From the IMG/VR virus record IMGVR_UViG_2974556156_000001, positions 21,139-85,138 of that record: a stretch of 64,000 nucleotides of DNA; one strand, given 5' to 3'. The position numbers were made by a program, and so were the translations under genes. This DNA comes from a virus (taxonomy: Duplodnaviria > Caudoviricetes). Below, piece by piece: positions 47,826 through 56,669 of this stretch (the stretch's first letter is position 1; the number at the start of each line of letters is the position of its first letter). The notes under the pieces are model-generated. The model did no database searches and had not been told where the DNA came from. It saw only the letters and a program-made list of their open reading frames with translations.

Positions 47826-47849
47826 GGTGGGAGGTTTAACCCTCCCACC
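47826..47849 (-). terminator. Stem-loop / terminator upstream of rIIA
   Basis: GGTGGGAGG-TTTAAC-CCTCCCACC, followed on the - strand by ...CUUUGUUUU. Confidence 0.55.
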
Positions 47850-47859
47850 CTAGTAGGAA

Positions 47860-48774
47860 TTAGGCGCTCAAGACCTGGGCCAGAGCGTGACGATGGATGT
47901 TCGAGCCGGCCAGAGCCTGACGCACGACGAAGTCGTAAGCCGCCTGAGCCGACGTGAACGGGCCGCCCTTCAGATTGCCGATCTTGCCGGCCTTGGTGAT
48001 GGTCCAGCCCTCGGCGGCAGCGGTCTGCTGGTGATCCAGCGTTTCGGCCGTGATGTCGCTGTAGTAGTGGGCGTCGCGCTCGACATAGCCGGTCTTGTAC
48101 CAGTTGATGTCGCGCGGCATCTTGCCGAACTCGATCAACGCCGCCTCTTGGGCTTCACGTTCGGACTTGGCCTTGATCGTGATGTTGCGAGCCACGCACA
48201 TCTGGCCGGACTCGATGCAGTTGTAGGCGACGAGCGGGCGCACCGGACGGATCCAAGAGGGGTGGCAGTCGAGGCGAGTCAGCGTCGCGCCGTTTTCAGG
48301 TCTGGTCGCCGTGATGTGGTAGGTTTCTTCACCAGTATCGGTGAAGGACACCGAAACGACCTGGGCTTCCAAGCCGACCGGGAGGCAGTAGTAGCCCGCC
48401 TTGAAGTTGTTCGGGTCGACATACATCTCGAACGAAGTGGTCAGTTCGACCACCTGACCCGCCTGGAATTGAGCCGACAGGGCCAGGGTGTTGAGGATCA
48501 ACTGATCAACCTGGTCCTGGGTGATCGGGAACTGCTCACCCTGGAACCAGACCGAGAGTGAGCCGTCGGCGGCCGAAATCCAGATGCCGATCGCCTCGCG
48601 GCTGGTGGGAGCCCAGATCAGCTTGTCTGCGCCGAACGGCTTGGTTTTCGCGGCCGGAGACTTGAAGGCAAGCAAAAACTCGCGAACCTTGTCCTTCGAC
48701 AGGTTCATCGGGGGAGTCTTCGAGTCGATGTGAGTGAGTTCGAAGGTATTATCATCGATCTTGGTGATGAGCAT
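47860..48774 (-). CDS. Hypothetical multidomain protein
   Basis: 304 aa, AAGGA RBS. Confidence 0.7.
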   Translation of the reverse strand: MLITKIDDNTFELTHIDSKTPPMNLSKDKVREFLLAFKSPAAKTKPFGADKLIWAPTSREAIGIWISAADGSLSVWFQGEQFPITQDQVDQLILNTLALSAQFQAGQVVELTTSFEMYVDPNNFKAGYYCLPVGLEAQVVSVSFTDTGEETYHITATRPENGATLTRLDCHPSWIRPVRPLVAYNCIESGQMCVARNITIKAKSEREAQEAALIEFGKMPRDINWYKTGYVERDAHYYSDITAETLDHQQTAAAEGWTITKAGKIGNLKGGPFTSAQAAYDFVVRQALAGSNIHRHALAQVLSA

Positions 48775-48785
48775 TTCAGCTGTCC

Positions 48786-49001
48786 TTAGCTACGGCCACG
48801 GATGGCCTGGATGGATTTGATACGCGCACTAGAATGGGTCGACATCATCTTGAGTTCGTTGGTGATGCCGGGGGCGAGCACCCCTGTCTTCGCCAGCAGA
48901 TCCATCTGGAGATTGATGGCTTCCTGCTGGGCGAGGATTTTGGTCAGCTCAGCCTCGCCAGCCTTGCTGGCGTTAGCGAGCAATTTCTCGATCGCAGTCA
49001 T
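48786..49001 (-). CDS. Hypothetical protein
   Basis: 71 aa, GAGG RBS. Confidence 0.6.
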   Translation of the reverse strand: MTAIEKLLANASKAGEAELTKILAQQEAINLQMDLLAKTGVLAPGITNELKMMSTHSSARIKSIQAIRGRS

Positions 49002-49330
49002 AGGATTACTGGCCTCGTTGGAATAATCGTCTTGGCTCCATTGCAGACCATTAGGGTCGAGACCCAGTTGACCTGGCGAAGGAGGGCGGCGATCGGAACG
49101 TAGGGCTGACCTTGGATGCTGTTCAGGACGAAAGCTTTACCCAGGTAAACTTCCGACCGGTAGTCCATCACGAACATGCCTCGCGTGTGCAGGGCATGTC
49201 GGTCGAACGACATCAACACATCCCCCTCATGGTTCAGGGCTGTGAGGTTGTGTGGAGTACCGGGAGGGATCCCCACCCAGTCGATCAGCTCTATTTGGCG
49301 TGCAGCCGGATCGATCACGTAGGCTTGCAT
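48998..49330 (-). CDS. Hypothetical protein
   Basis: 110 aa, GGAG RBS. Confidence 0.6.
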   Translation of the reverse strand: MQAYVIDPAARQIELIDWVGIPPGTPHNLTALNHEGDVLMSFDRHALHTRGMFVMDYRSEVYLGKAFVLNSIQGQPYVPIAALLRQVNWVSTLMVCNGAKTIIPTRPVIL

Positions 49331-49650
49331 CTGATGATCTCCTTGAGCCTGGACCAGAGCGGATCATCCATGTGGATGTTGTTGGCCATGTAGTCCCAAG
49401 CTTCAGACTTAGTCATCGGCTCGATGGTTCGACTGTAAAGATCGAACCAGATCTCTCTCATGACTTCATCAACCTGCTCCTTGACCTTATCAAGGCGGCG
49501 ATTGATCACCATGATGTTGTCTTCGTCCAACTCGTTCCAGAGTAGATCGAAGAGAGGATCACCACACTTAGCAGCGGCCTTGTCGGTGGCGATGTGCTCG
49601 AACTCGCCGGCCGCGTAGGTCTGGCCGAGGATCGTCTGGTAGCGGTTCAT
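49315..49650 (-). CDS. Hypothetical protein
   Basis: 111 aa, ATGA coupling. Confidence 0.65.
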   Translation of the reverse strand: MNRYQTILGQTYAAGEFEHIATDKAAAKCGDPLFDLLWNELDEDNIMVINRRLDKVKEQVDEVMREIWFDLYSRTIEPMTKSEAWDYMANNIHMDDPLWSRLKEIIRCKPT

Positions 49651-50159
49651 GACGGCTGCCCCGGACAGAAGACGGCGTAGGCCGGCTTCTCGACGTACTC
49701 GGTCTTATGCACGGCCTGCTTGGTCGTGCCGACCTGGACACGGGTACAGACCGCGCCCTCGGCGTCTGGCTGGCCGATCCAATGATGGCGGCCAACATAG
49801 ATGCTGAAGTAGCAGAAGCGGTCGAACGTGAAGCTCTCGACCTTGCCGATGAACCAGTCGGTGGTGGCGTCCTGCATACCTTGGTTGCTGACGCCGCCCA
49901 GCTCCAACATAGCGGCCTCGACGGCGGCGAAGGTGTCGTTGGCGACGCCCAGCTCCTGATCGGGTCGGATCTCCAGGCGTAGGCTGGCGTAGCACATGCC
50001 CGACATGAAGTTGGCGCTGATGGCCCGGTCAGGCCAGTCGCGCGAGAGCGCCTCGGCGCGGTCGACGATGGCCGCGACCTTATCGATGGCAGCGATGGTC
50101 TTGTCGTACTCGTCGCGGGCGGCTTGGCGCGCGGCGGCGGGGGTCCAGATTTCGGACAT
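49647..50159 (-). CDS. Hypothetical protein
   Basis: Start MSEIW at 50159 after GGAG. Confidence 0.65.
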   Translation of the reverse strand: MSEIWTPAAARQAARDEYDKTIAAIDKVAAIVDRAEALSRDWPDRAISANFMSGMCYASLRLEIRPDQELGVANDTFAAVEAAMLELGGVSNQGMQDATTDWFIGKVESFTFDRFCYFSIYVGRHHWIGQPDAEGAVCTRVQVGTTKQAVHKTEYVEKPAYAVFCPGQPS

Positions 50160-50161
50160 GG

Positions 50162-50587
50162 TCAATACTCCAAGAGCGTGACGCTCTCCAGACAGGGGTG
50201 CCAAAATGGTGGGTGACGGGTGTTGACGTTCCAGCGGAACGTCGACTGCACGATCACCCATCGATCGATGAAGATCCGGTCACGGCTTAGATTGCGGGCA
50301 TCCAATCGAGCCAGCTCCTTGGCCAGGTGGTCGACGCGATCAGGTCGAACGATGACCTCGGGACGTAGATTGCTCAGGATCGACAGCTTGTCGGCCCAGC
50401 TACGGGTCGGGTCGCTAGGCGGGTGGATGTCCCGAAAGCAGGGCCGGACCTGATGTGGCACCTTGTCGAGCGGAACCAGGATCGAGTACTTGACCTGAGG
50501 TCGGTCGAGCGCAGAGATCGGGACGTAGATGTGAGGATGGTGATCCTCGGTCACCTTGAACTCGAAAACGACGGAAGTGTCTTTCAC
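50162..50587 (-). CDS. Hypothetical protein
   Basis: 141 aa, GTG start after GGAGGG. Confidence 0.6.
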   Translation of the reverse strand: MKDTSVVFEFKVTEDHHPHIYVPISALDRPQVKYSILVPLDKVPHQVRPCFRDIHPPSDPTRSWADKLSILSNLRPEVIVRPDRVDHLAKELARLDARNLSRDRIFIDRWVIVQSTFRWNVNTRHPPFWHPCLESVTLLEY

Positions 50588-50829
50588 GTCGCACCCTCCA
50601 CACCCTCGGCGATGAAGGACACGGCCTTGACCAAGTCTTCGACCGTGTAGACGTCGTCGGTCAGCTCGACGCCGAACTCCTTCTCGACGGCGAGAATGAC
50701 GTTGATCCGATCCATGCTATCGCCGGGGATCGGATCCTTGATGTTGAACCTGGTCGGCGGTTCCTTAACCTGCGTGCGGATCACCTTGGCGATACGCGGG
50801 ACGACGGTCATGTCGATCCACTGGCTCAT
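50584..50829 (-). CDS. Acyl carrier protein homologue
   Basis: 81 aa; GDSMDRINVILAVEKEFGVELTDD..TVEDLV aligns with the ACP signature ADSLD.VE.VMA.EEEF..EIPD...TV. Confidence 0.8.
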   Translation of the reverse strand: MSQWIDMTVVPRIAKVIRTQVKEPPTRFNIKDPIPGDSMDRINVILAVEKEFGVELTDDVYTVEDLVKAVSFIAEGVEGAT

Positions 50830-51164
50830 TCGAGACGCTCCTGGTGTTGGACGAAGCGCAGCTCCATAAGACACAGCTGCTCTCGCCACTCGGGTTTGAT
50901 GTCGGGCCGACGGAACAGCTCGCGACCGATGAACACGATCGCGTCCGCGAAGTAGGCCTTGGTGTAGAAGGGTGGAAAGTCGTAGAGCTTCACGTCACCA
51001 ACCCACCACTCGGTCGGCATGAAGTTGTTCCAGATCATGCGGAAGGTGTGGAAGAGATGCCTAGTCGACATCGACTTCGGGGTGTGGAACTTTCCCTCAC
51101 GATCTCGCCAGCGCCAGATCTGGGTGACCTCGCGCTGGCCGAAGTGCCTAACTACGGCGGGCAC
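50826..51164 (-). CDS. Hypothetical protein
   Basis: 112 aa, Trp/Phe-rich, coupled to the ACP gene. Confidence 0.6.
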   Translation of the reverse strand: MPAVVRHFGQREVTQIWRWRDREGKFHTPKSMSTRHLFHTFRMIWNNFMPTEWWVGDVKLYDFPPFYTKAYFADAIVFIGRELFRRPDIKPEWREQLCLMELRFVQHQERLE

Positions 51165-51321
51165 GGCGCACCTGGAACTTGGTGGTCTTGACCTCGCCGC
51201 GATTGATCAGGTCACGCTTGATCTCCTGCGGCTTGATGTCGGGATCGTAGAACACCGTGTCGAGGACCTCGCGGCAGCCTCGGTTCCAGTGGACTAGGTC
51301 CCACGCTTTCTGGACCTGCAT
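51148..51321 (-). CDS. 57-aa hypothetical protein (not in ORF track)
   Basis: GGAGG RBS; MQVQKAWDLVHWNRGCREVLDTVFYDPD... Confidence 0.65.
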   Translation of the reverse strand: MQVQKAWDLVHWNRGCREVLDTVFYDPDIKPQEIKRDLINRGEVKTTKFQVRRARRS

Positions 51322-51536
51322 AGCTTGGCCTCCTTGCGCCGCTCGTGGCGGTTCTTAGGTTCGGACTTTTTAACCGGGTAATTTTCGAACCCGCCGCCCC
51401 GAAAGGTGGTCGTGCTCGACGTCGTGGGCTCGTAGCGCACGCCGTCGATGTAAATGGCCGTATCCCTGAAAGGGAACGTGCCCGTCGTGCCGCTAATGGA
51501 CTGACGAGCCTCATAGTCGATGGTCTGCGTGGTCAC
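51294..51536 (-). CDS. Hypothetical protein
   Basis: 80 aa, GTG overlap, GAGG RBS. Confidence 0.5.
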   Translation of the reverse strand: MTTQTIDYEARQSISGTTGTFPFRDTAIYIDGVRYEPTTSSTTTFRGGGFENYPVKKSEPKNRHERRKEAKLCRSRKRGT

Positions 51537-51853
51537 AGTTCACCTCGGAAATGGCGGGCCAGAACCTCCTTCAGCTCGTCAAGGCTGGCCGCCTCGTTGA
51601 TCTCGAACACGATCGGAGGATCGGGTGCTGGCTTAGGCTCGGGGCGCGGCTCATCCAGAAAGATGTGCTCGGCGCACCAGGACTTGCCCGGCAGGGCCTG
51701 GGCTGTGCAGCGGCTTCGGCTGCGCAGGTTGAAGAAGCACCGGTGCGTCGGTGCATGCTCGACGCACCAGCCTGGAATGACCTCAGGGTTGCAGCACGGC
51801 ACACCTAGACCAGTGATGGTCGGCTTGTTGAGGTCGCGGTGCTGGCAGGGCAT
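51533..51853 (-). CDS. Cys/His-rich protein (tandem zinc-finger-like)
   Basis: C...CC.....GWCVEH and RC...RC.....GKSWCAEH repeats. Confidence 0.6.
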   Translation of the reverse strand: MPCQHRDLNKPTITGLGVPCCNPEVIPGWCVEHAPTHRCFFNLRSRSRCTAQALPGKSWCAEHIFLDEPRPEPKPAPDPPIVFEINEAASLDELKEVLARHFRGEL

Positions 51854-52392
51854 CAGACGCCGCTCAGACCGAACCCGTTGGCCAGGGTGATCGACTCACC
51901 GTGGACGGGCCAGACGCCAGGATAGAAGAAGTCCCAGCCGTTGATGGGGATCGAGTAGGTCGGGACGCCGTCCTTCAGGGCACCGATGTTCAGGCGGGTC
52001 GGCGAGGCCGTGCGCAGCACATCGAAGCGTACCTCGCCCGCGTAGCGCTGATCGTCCCACAGGGCGACGTCCAGCTCGACTTGGGCGATGGGACCATGGC
52101 CGGTATCGTCGGTGAGCGTGACGAACAGCCGCTTGGCGCTGGTCTTGCGCTCCTGGAAGACGCCGTCCTTGTAATAGTCCTTGCAGGTCAGGCCGGTGGG
52201 CGTGGCCGACAGGCGGAACTCGACCAGGGTGTAGCCGGGCTTGTTGTAGAGCGAGCCCTTCACATCAGCTTCGTTCTCGTAGAGCGTGATGTTGGTGGCG
52301 TCGAGCGGGTCGGCGACCCAGCGGCTGGCGGCGTCGGTGTTCCATTCAAGGAACAGGCCGTCGCGGTCGCGGCGAAGAACACGTTTGAGCAT
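51853..52392 (-). CDS. Hypothetical protein
   Basis: 179 aa, GGAG RBS. Confidence 0.65.
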   Translation of the reverse strand: MLKRVLRRDRDGLFLEWNTDAASRWVADPLDATNITLYENEADVKGSLYNKPGYTLVEFRLSATPTGLTCKDYYKDGVFQERKTSAKRLFVTLTDDTGHGPIAQVELDVALWDDQRYAGEVRFDVLRTASPTRLNIGALKDGVPTYSIPINGWDFFYPGVWPVHGESITLANGFGLSGV

Positions 52393-52418
52393 AGGGCGCT
52401 CCAGGCGAGAGGAAGGGT

Positions 52419-52442
52419 GTGGGCCGGCTTGCGCCGGCCCAC
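52419..52442 (-). terminator. 10-bp stem with GCAA loop
   Basis: GTGGGCCGGC-TTGC-GCCGGCCCAC, pyrimidine-rich tail on the - strand. Confidence 0.55.
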
Positions 52443-52448
52443 GGGTCG

Positions 52449-52871
52449 TCAGGCGTCGGCGTCGGGCTCGCTGACCTTGCCGTCCAGCTCGTCGAGCTGA
52501 GCTTGCAGGGTGGCGATATCCATCGAGTCGATCGCCTCGTTCTGCTTGCGGGCCAGGGCCTGCAGCAGGACGTTGCGCTTGTCCCGAGCGGCGGCGGCCT
52601 GGGCGGCGGCGGCCTGGCGGGCCAGCTTGTCTTCGACGATGAACTTGACGATGTCGAAGCGCAGCTGATTGTCCGACTGGCTGGCGGTCACGCGATCGGG
52701 GTTGATCAGCGAGAAGTTGCCCGGCACCGTCAGCTTGCCGTTCAGGTCGGCGGCGATGGCGTCGAGTTGATCGAGCGTCAGCTCGAAGAGATCCTCGGTG
52801 TTGAGCTTGCCCGAGGTGGTGGTGAAGCGGAGCTTCTTGCGCGCCGCCCGTTCGAAGATGTTCATGGCCAT
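52449..52871 (-). CDS. Conserved-looking phage protein, partner of the 688-aa protein
   Basis: NIFERA.R.KLRF.T..G.L..EDL..L pattern. Confidence 0.7.
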   Translation of the reverse strand: MAMNIFERAARKKLRFTTTSGKLNTEDLFELTLDQLDAIAADLNGKLTVPGNFSLINPDRVTASQSDNQLRFDIVKFIVEDKLARQAAAAQAAAARDKRNVLLQALARKQNEAIDSMDIATLQAQLDELDGKVSEPDADA

Positions 52872-52910
52872 GATGGCGTGTCCCTTTCTAGGGGTTGAGG
52901 TGGAGGGTGG

Positions 52911-54977
52911 TTAGAAGAGGACCTTGAGGGTCCGATCGATGTTGCCCTTGACCCGGACAACCAGGGCAGGCTGATCCTTGCCGGTGGGCGTGAAGCCCAG
53001 GCCGACCAGCTGTTCGGTGACGCCGGCCGGATCGACCGCCATCTTCGCGCCCAGCAGCTCGAACACCTTGCGGTGCGGGTTCAGCTCGGGCTTGAGTTGC
53101 TCGTTGTAGAAGCCGCGCGTCGGCTCATCCATCACCCAGCCGTCCAGCAGGAAGAACCAGTGCTTCTGGCCGACCTGATGCTGGCAGTCCCAGGTGTTGG
53201 GGCTGGCGACGATGGCGTTGACCTTGACGAAATCAGGCGTGGTGGTGCTCTGGCTCGACTTGATCAGCGGCACGACCGTGATCGCGCCGTGCTTGTCGAC
53301 GACGATGTCGGCGATATCAGTTTGACCCCTGTTGCGCGGGTTGTTGTCCATCGCGAAGTGGTGGACCGAGCCCTGGATGTCGATGTCCACGGTGAAGCCC
53401 GTATCGACCGGCGAGATGCGGCTGTACTGGTGAACGAAGACGCGATAGTTGCCGGGCTTCATCTGGGTCTTGTCGGCATAGACGATGTTCTCGACCGGCG
53501 TGTGAGGGCCGCGATCCAGGTTGCCGCCCGCGTTGGCGTCCACGTCCAGCTGGCCACCCGAGGGCGACTTGCTCGACCGGTTCGCGTAGCTGATGTGGTA
53601 GCTGCGGCTCGTATTCTCCACGACGTGCAGGTCCAGGTCGTCGCCGTTGCTCCAGGCCAGGCGGATGCCGACGTCGCCGTCGACATTGCCGCCGGCCGCC
53701 TTGACGCGCTGCTTGACCGCGTCGGCGAAGTTGCCGACGTAGGACCAGCTGAAGCCGTTGTCCCACGGGAACAGGCCCGGCACGCCCGTCATCAGGGCGA
53801 CCTTCTGGGCGGCGTGACGGCGCTCGACGCCGATCTCGATCGAGGTCGCAGTGGGAAGCACGTCCGAGAGAAACTGGTCGATCGTGACCTCGGCGATCTG
53901 GTCCAGCTTCGCGAGCGGGGCCTTCTTGGTCGGGGTCAGGTCGTCGAACGGGTTGTCCTTGATGCGAGCGCGGCTCTCGCGGTCGACGAACAGCACATGC
54001 TTGGCCGAGATGTCGTCGATGGTCGCGAAGCGCCGGCTGAGCGCCGAGGTCAGGCCCAGCTCTTCGACCTTGGCCTTGGCGTCCTCGATCATGCGGGGCG
54101 TGACGAGGGCAGTCGGGCGGCGGTAGTTCTCGCCGCAGACCATGCGCTCGAAGCGACCGACCGCACCGTCCAGGTCGCCAGGATCGGCGGTCAGCTCGAC
54201 CAGCAGGGTGCCAATGCTGGAGCCACGGATGGCGGCCAGGGCGTCGCCGACCTTGAAGCTGTATTCCCAGGTCAGGGTGTTGAAGTCCTGGGTCGTGGAC
54301 TTGGTCAGGATCTCGTTCTGGACGCGCTTGAACTCGCGCAGCAGAGAGGCGAACTGATCGCCGCGCGCCAGGCTGTTGCTGGCGATCAGCTCCAGCACGG
54401 TGGAAACCGCGTCGGGGAGGATCTCGCGCACGGCGCGCGACAGCGTGTACTGCTTGGTGCGCGGGCCGTTCAGCAGCGTTGGGATGTCGTGGCGGCGCTT
54501 GACGTACTTGGCCGGCACCGAGACGTGGAAGTGGTCATAGGTGATCGCATTGCCGGCCTCGTCGCGCTCGACGTTCTGGCGCGTGCCCAGGTTCGAGCTG
54601 TCGTGCAGGAAGACGTTGTTGATCGGCTGGGCGCGGACGGCGGCGGCCAGGGCGTCGGCGACGTGCTGGAAATCAGGGACCTTCACGTCCCAGATGGTCT
54701 GGATCTTGCCGTCAATGATGGCGACGATGTTCGACTTGCGGATGAAGTTGCGGCAGCAGCTGCAGTCGTAGACGCCGCGCACGCGGTGGATCGGGTTCTC
54801 GCCTTCCTTGAAGGAGCCGAGGTAGGTGGTCCAGAGGTCGTCGCCGAAGCGCGCGGCCAGCTCGGGGTAGTTGAGCGTGGCGTCGGGATCGACGATGGTG
54901 CCCGTCGTGAACAACTGGTGGAGGGTCATGGCGGCGAACTGCTCGGCCACAGCCTGGCGGAAGGTATTGAAATTCAT
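52911..54977 (-). CDS. Large protein with Cys cluster and YfaP/DUF2135-like domain
   Basis: YDCSCCRNFI; WSNGDDLDLHV...GGQLDVDANAG...VENI...PGNYRVFVHQY. Confidence 0.7.
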   Translation of the reverse strand: MNFNTFRQAVAEQFAAMTLHQLFTTGTIVDPDATLNYPELAARFGDDLWTTYLGSFKEGENPIHRVRGVYDCSCCRNFIRKSNIVAIIDGKIQTIWDVKVPDFQHVADALAAAVRAQPINNVFLHDSSNLGTRQNVERDEAGNAITYDHFHVSVPAKYVKRRHDIPTLLNGPRTKQYTLSRAVREILPDAVSTVLELIASNSLARGDQFASLLREFKRVQNEILTKSTTQDFNTLTWEYSFKVGDALAAIRGSSIGTLLVELTADPGDLDGAVGRFERMVCGENYRRPTALVTPRMIEDAKAKVEELGLTSALSRRFATIDDISAKHVLFVDRESRARIKDNPFDDLTPTKKAPLAKLDQIAEVTIDQFLSDVLPTATSIEIGVERRHAAQKVALMTGVPGLFPWDNGFSWSYVGNFADAVKQRVKAAGGNVDGDVGIRLAWSNGDDLDLHVVENTSRSYHISYANRSSKSPSGGQLDVDANAGGNLDRGPHTPVENIVYADKTQMKPGNYRVFVHQYSRISPVDTGFTVDIDIQGSVHHFAMDNNPRNRGQTDIADIVVDKHGAITVVPLIKSSQSTTTPDFVKVNAIVASPNTWDCQHQVGQKHWFFLLDGWVMDEPTRGFYNEQLKPELNPHRKVFELLGAKMAVDPAGVTEQLVGLGFTPTGKDQPALVVRVKGNIDRTLKVLF

Positions 54978-54983
54978 GAGCTT

Positions 54984-54998
54984 TTTACCTCAGGTAAA
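54984..54998. promoter_or_regulatory. TTTACC-N3-GGTAAA box 2 (contains the SD of the 688-aa gene)
   Basis: TTTACCTCAGGTAAA, 6 nt from ATG 54977. Confidence 0.8.
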
Positions 54999-55033
54999 GT
55001 TGAGCTGGTTGGTGGGGTTACGCTTACAGATGC

Positions 55034-56449
55034 TCAGTCGTCGTAGTTCTGAGTCTCTAACACCGTCCCATCGGACAGGCGCATAGGGGCGTTGCGATCG
55101 GTCAGCTCGATGGTGCCGGCCGTCAGGTCGACACGCACCCAGCGGTTTGGCGGGTACTTCTTGAGAGCGCCTTCGACGCGCACGATCTTGAGATCCTGCT
55201 CGCGGAAGACGGTCACAAGGTGAGCAACCGCGCCACCGACCTCGGTGATCAGTACAGCGCCGCGCTGGATCGCATCCTGGGCGGCGTAGACATAATCCGG
55301 CCCGGCGTTCTTGATGACGCCAACCTGGCAGCCATCTGGGAGCCGGCCTTTGGGCTCGATATGGGCGATCCGACCTTCCACCTTGCCCGAGCCCGACAGG
55401 ATCGGGATCTTGGCGTTGAAGTAGCGCTTCTGCACTTCCTCCATCGCTTCGTAGGCGGCGTTGTTGAGCGGCCCGTCGCCCGCGAAATGCCAGTCGGAGG
55501 GCTCGAAGCCGCCACCGATGATCCAGTCGCTATGATAGGGGTCGTCGCCCATCATCTTCAGGCCCTGTGGGCAGATTGGATCCCACTTCGGGGCCAGATG
55601 CCACCAGCCGGTGCGGTTCAGCGCCCAGTTCTCGAAGGGTCGCGTGGGGATTGAGTGGATGACCCCGTCGACCTCCATGTCGAAGCGCTCATCGCCGGCC
55701 GCGTTGTCGATTTCGCGACGCAGCTCATCGGTGGAGCGCTTCGGCGCTCGCTCGGCGGCAAGAAACTTTTGGAGCGTGCTGGCTGGGCGCGGCGGCGCGG
55801 CTTTGGTCGCCATGATCACGACGTTGTCGAGGTCAGGCTTGATGTAGCCGCGCTCGTAGAGCCTCGGCACATGTTCGGCGGCGAGGTAGTTGTCGATCGC
55901 TTCCTGCGGCCTCTCCAGGCCAGCGTGCTCGAAGAAGGCATGCGGAAAGCCTCGGATCTCTTTGAACAGGATGTTGCCCCGTGACATGAGGCAATTACGT
56001 GTGTGGGACTTGAAGTCCCCGTTCAGCACGTAATGCGTGTCCTTGACCGGGTCGTCGGCATAGAACAGCGAGTTGTGAATGTACTTTGGATTGCGACGCG
56101 GGCCGTTGGCTTCAGGGACCATGTCGTCAGGTCCCCAGCTGGTGACGATGGCGTAAGGTCGCATGAAGCGACCATCGCTGGCGACGTAGACGCCCGCGAA
56201 GTGCCAGGCCAGTTGGCGCTTGTACTCCTGATCATCGTCATCGGCGAGTTCCAGGGAATTTACCCCGGTAAGTTTCGCATCGCCCTTCAAGATCCTCAGG
56301 GCGATGTCGTAGGTCATGCCGTGGAGGTCCTCCATCAGCAGCTTCAGCGACCAATCCCACCGACCCTCACGCACACGGGTGCGGACCAGATCGGTGATGT
56401 ACTCACCATCAATGCTGAAGTGCAGGGTTTTGCTGGTTGACGTGGACAT
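55034..56449 (-). CDS. Protein with C-terminal PEP-utilising phosphohistidine (swivel) domain
   Basis: GKVEGRIAH...NAGPDY...AVLITEVGGAVAHLVTVFRE...VRVDLTAGTI matches the PEP-utiliser mobile-domain pattern IVT..GG..SHA.IVARE. Confidence 0.75.
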   Translation of the reverse strand: MSTSTSKTLHFSIDGEYITDLVRTRVREGRWDWSLKLLMEDLHGMTYDIALRILKGDAKLTGVNSLELADDDDQEYKRQLAWHFAGVYVASDGRFMRPYAIVTSWGPDDMVPEANGPRRNPKYIHNSLFYADDPVKDTHYVLNGDFKSHTRNCLMSRGNILFKEIRGFPHAFFEHAGLERPQEAIDNYLAAEHVPRLYERGYIKPDLDNVVIMATKAAPPRPASTLQKFLAAERAPKRSTDELRREIDNAAGDERFDMEVDGVIHSIPTRPFENWALNRTGWWHLAPKWDPICPQGLKMMGDDPYHSDWIIGGGFEPSDWHFAGDGPLNNAAYEAMEEVQKRYFNAKIPILSGSGKVEGRIAHIEPKGRLPDGCQVGVIKNAGPDYVYAAQDAIQRGAVLITEVGGAVAHLVTVFREQDLKIVRVEGALKKYPPNRWVRVDLTAGTIELTDRNAPMRLSDGTVLETQNYDD

Positions 56450-56669
56450 GCAAATCTCCAGTCGGGCTGAGAGGTTGATCCCACAACAGGATGTTGTCGG
56501 CTCCGTAGAAAGCGGCGGCCCGGTGCTGGTATTGGCGACCGAGGCTGTGAGGGCGGCCGAGTTTGAAGATGACGATGAGAGCCGTGCCGACGTGCATGGT
56601 GTCGATGATGTCGTCGACCGACCAGTCGCTGTAACGGGCTTGCAGGGCGGTGTAGGCGACGGCGCTCAT
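56409..56669 (-). CDS. Hypothetical protein
   Basis: 86 aa, ATGA coupling. Confidence 0.55.
   Translation of the reverse strand: MSAVAYTALQARYSDWSVDDIIDTMHVGTALIVIFKLGRPHSLGRQYQHRAAAFYGADNILLWDQPLSPTGDLHVHVNQQNPALQH

Noticed and set aside
53073-55046. Long antisense ORFs (e.g. 53073-55046, 27131-28672, 31878-33005, 44449-45543 on +; 4978-6294 on -)
   Set aside because: They mirror well-supported genes on the opposite strand, a common effect of strong GC3 bias; they have no RBS and no motifs.
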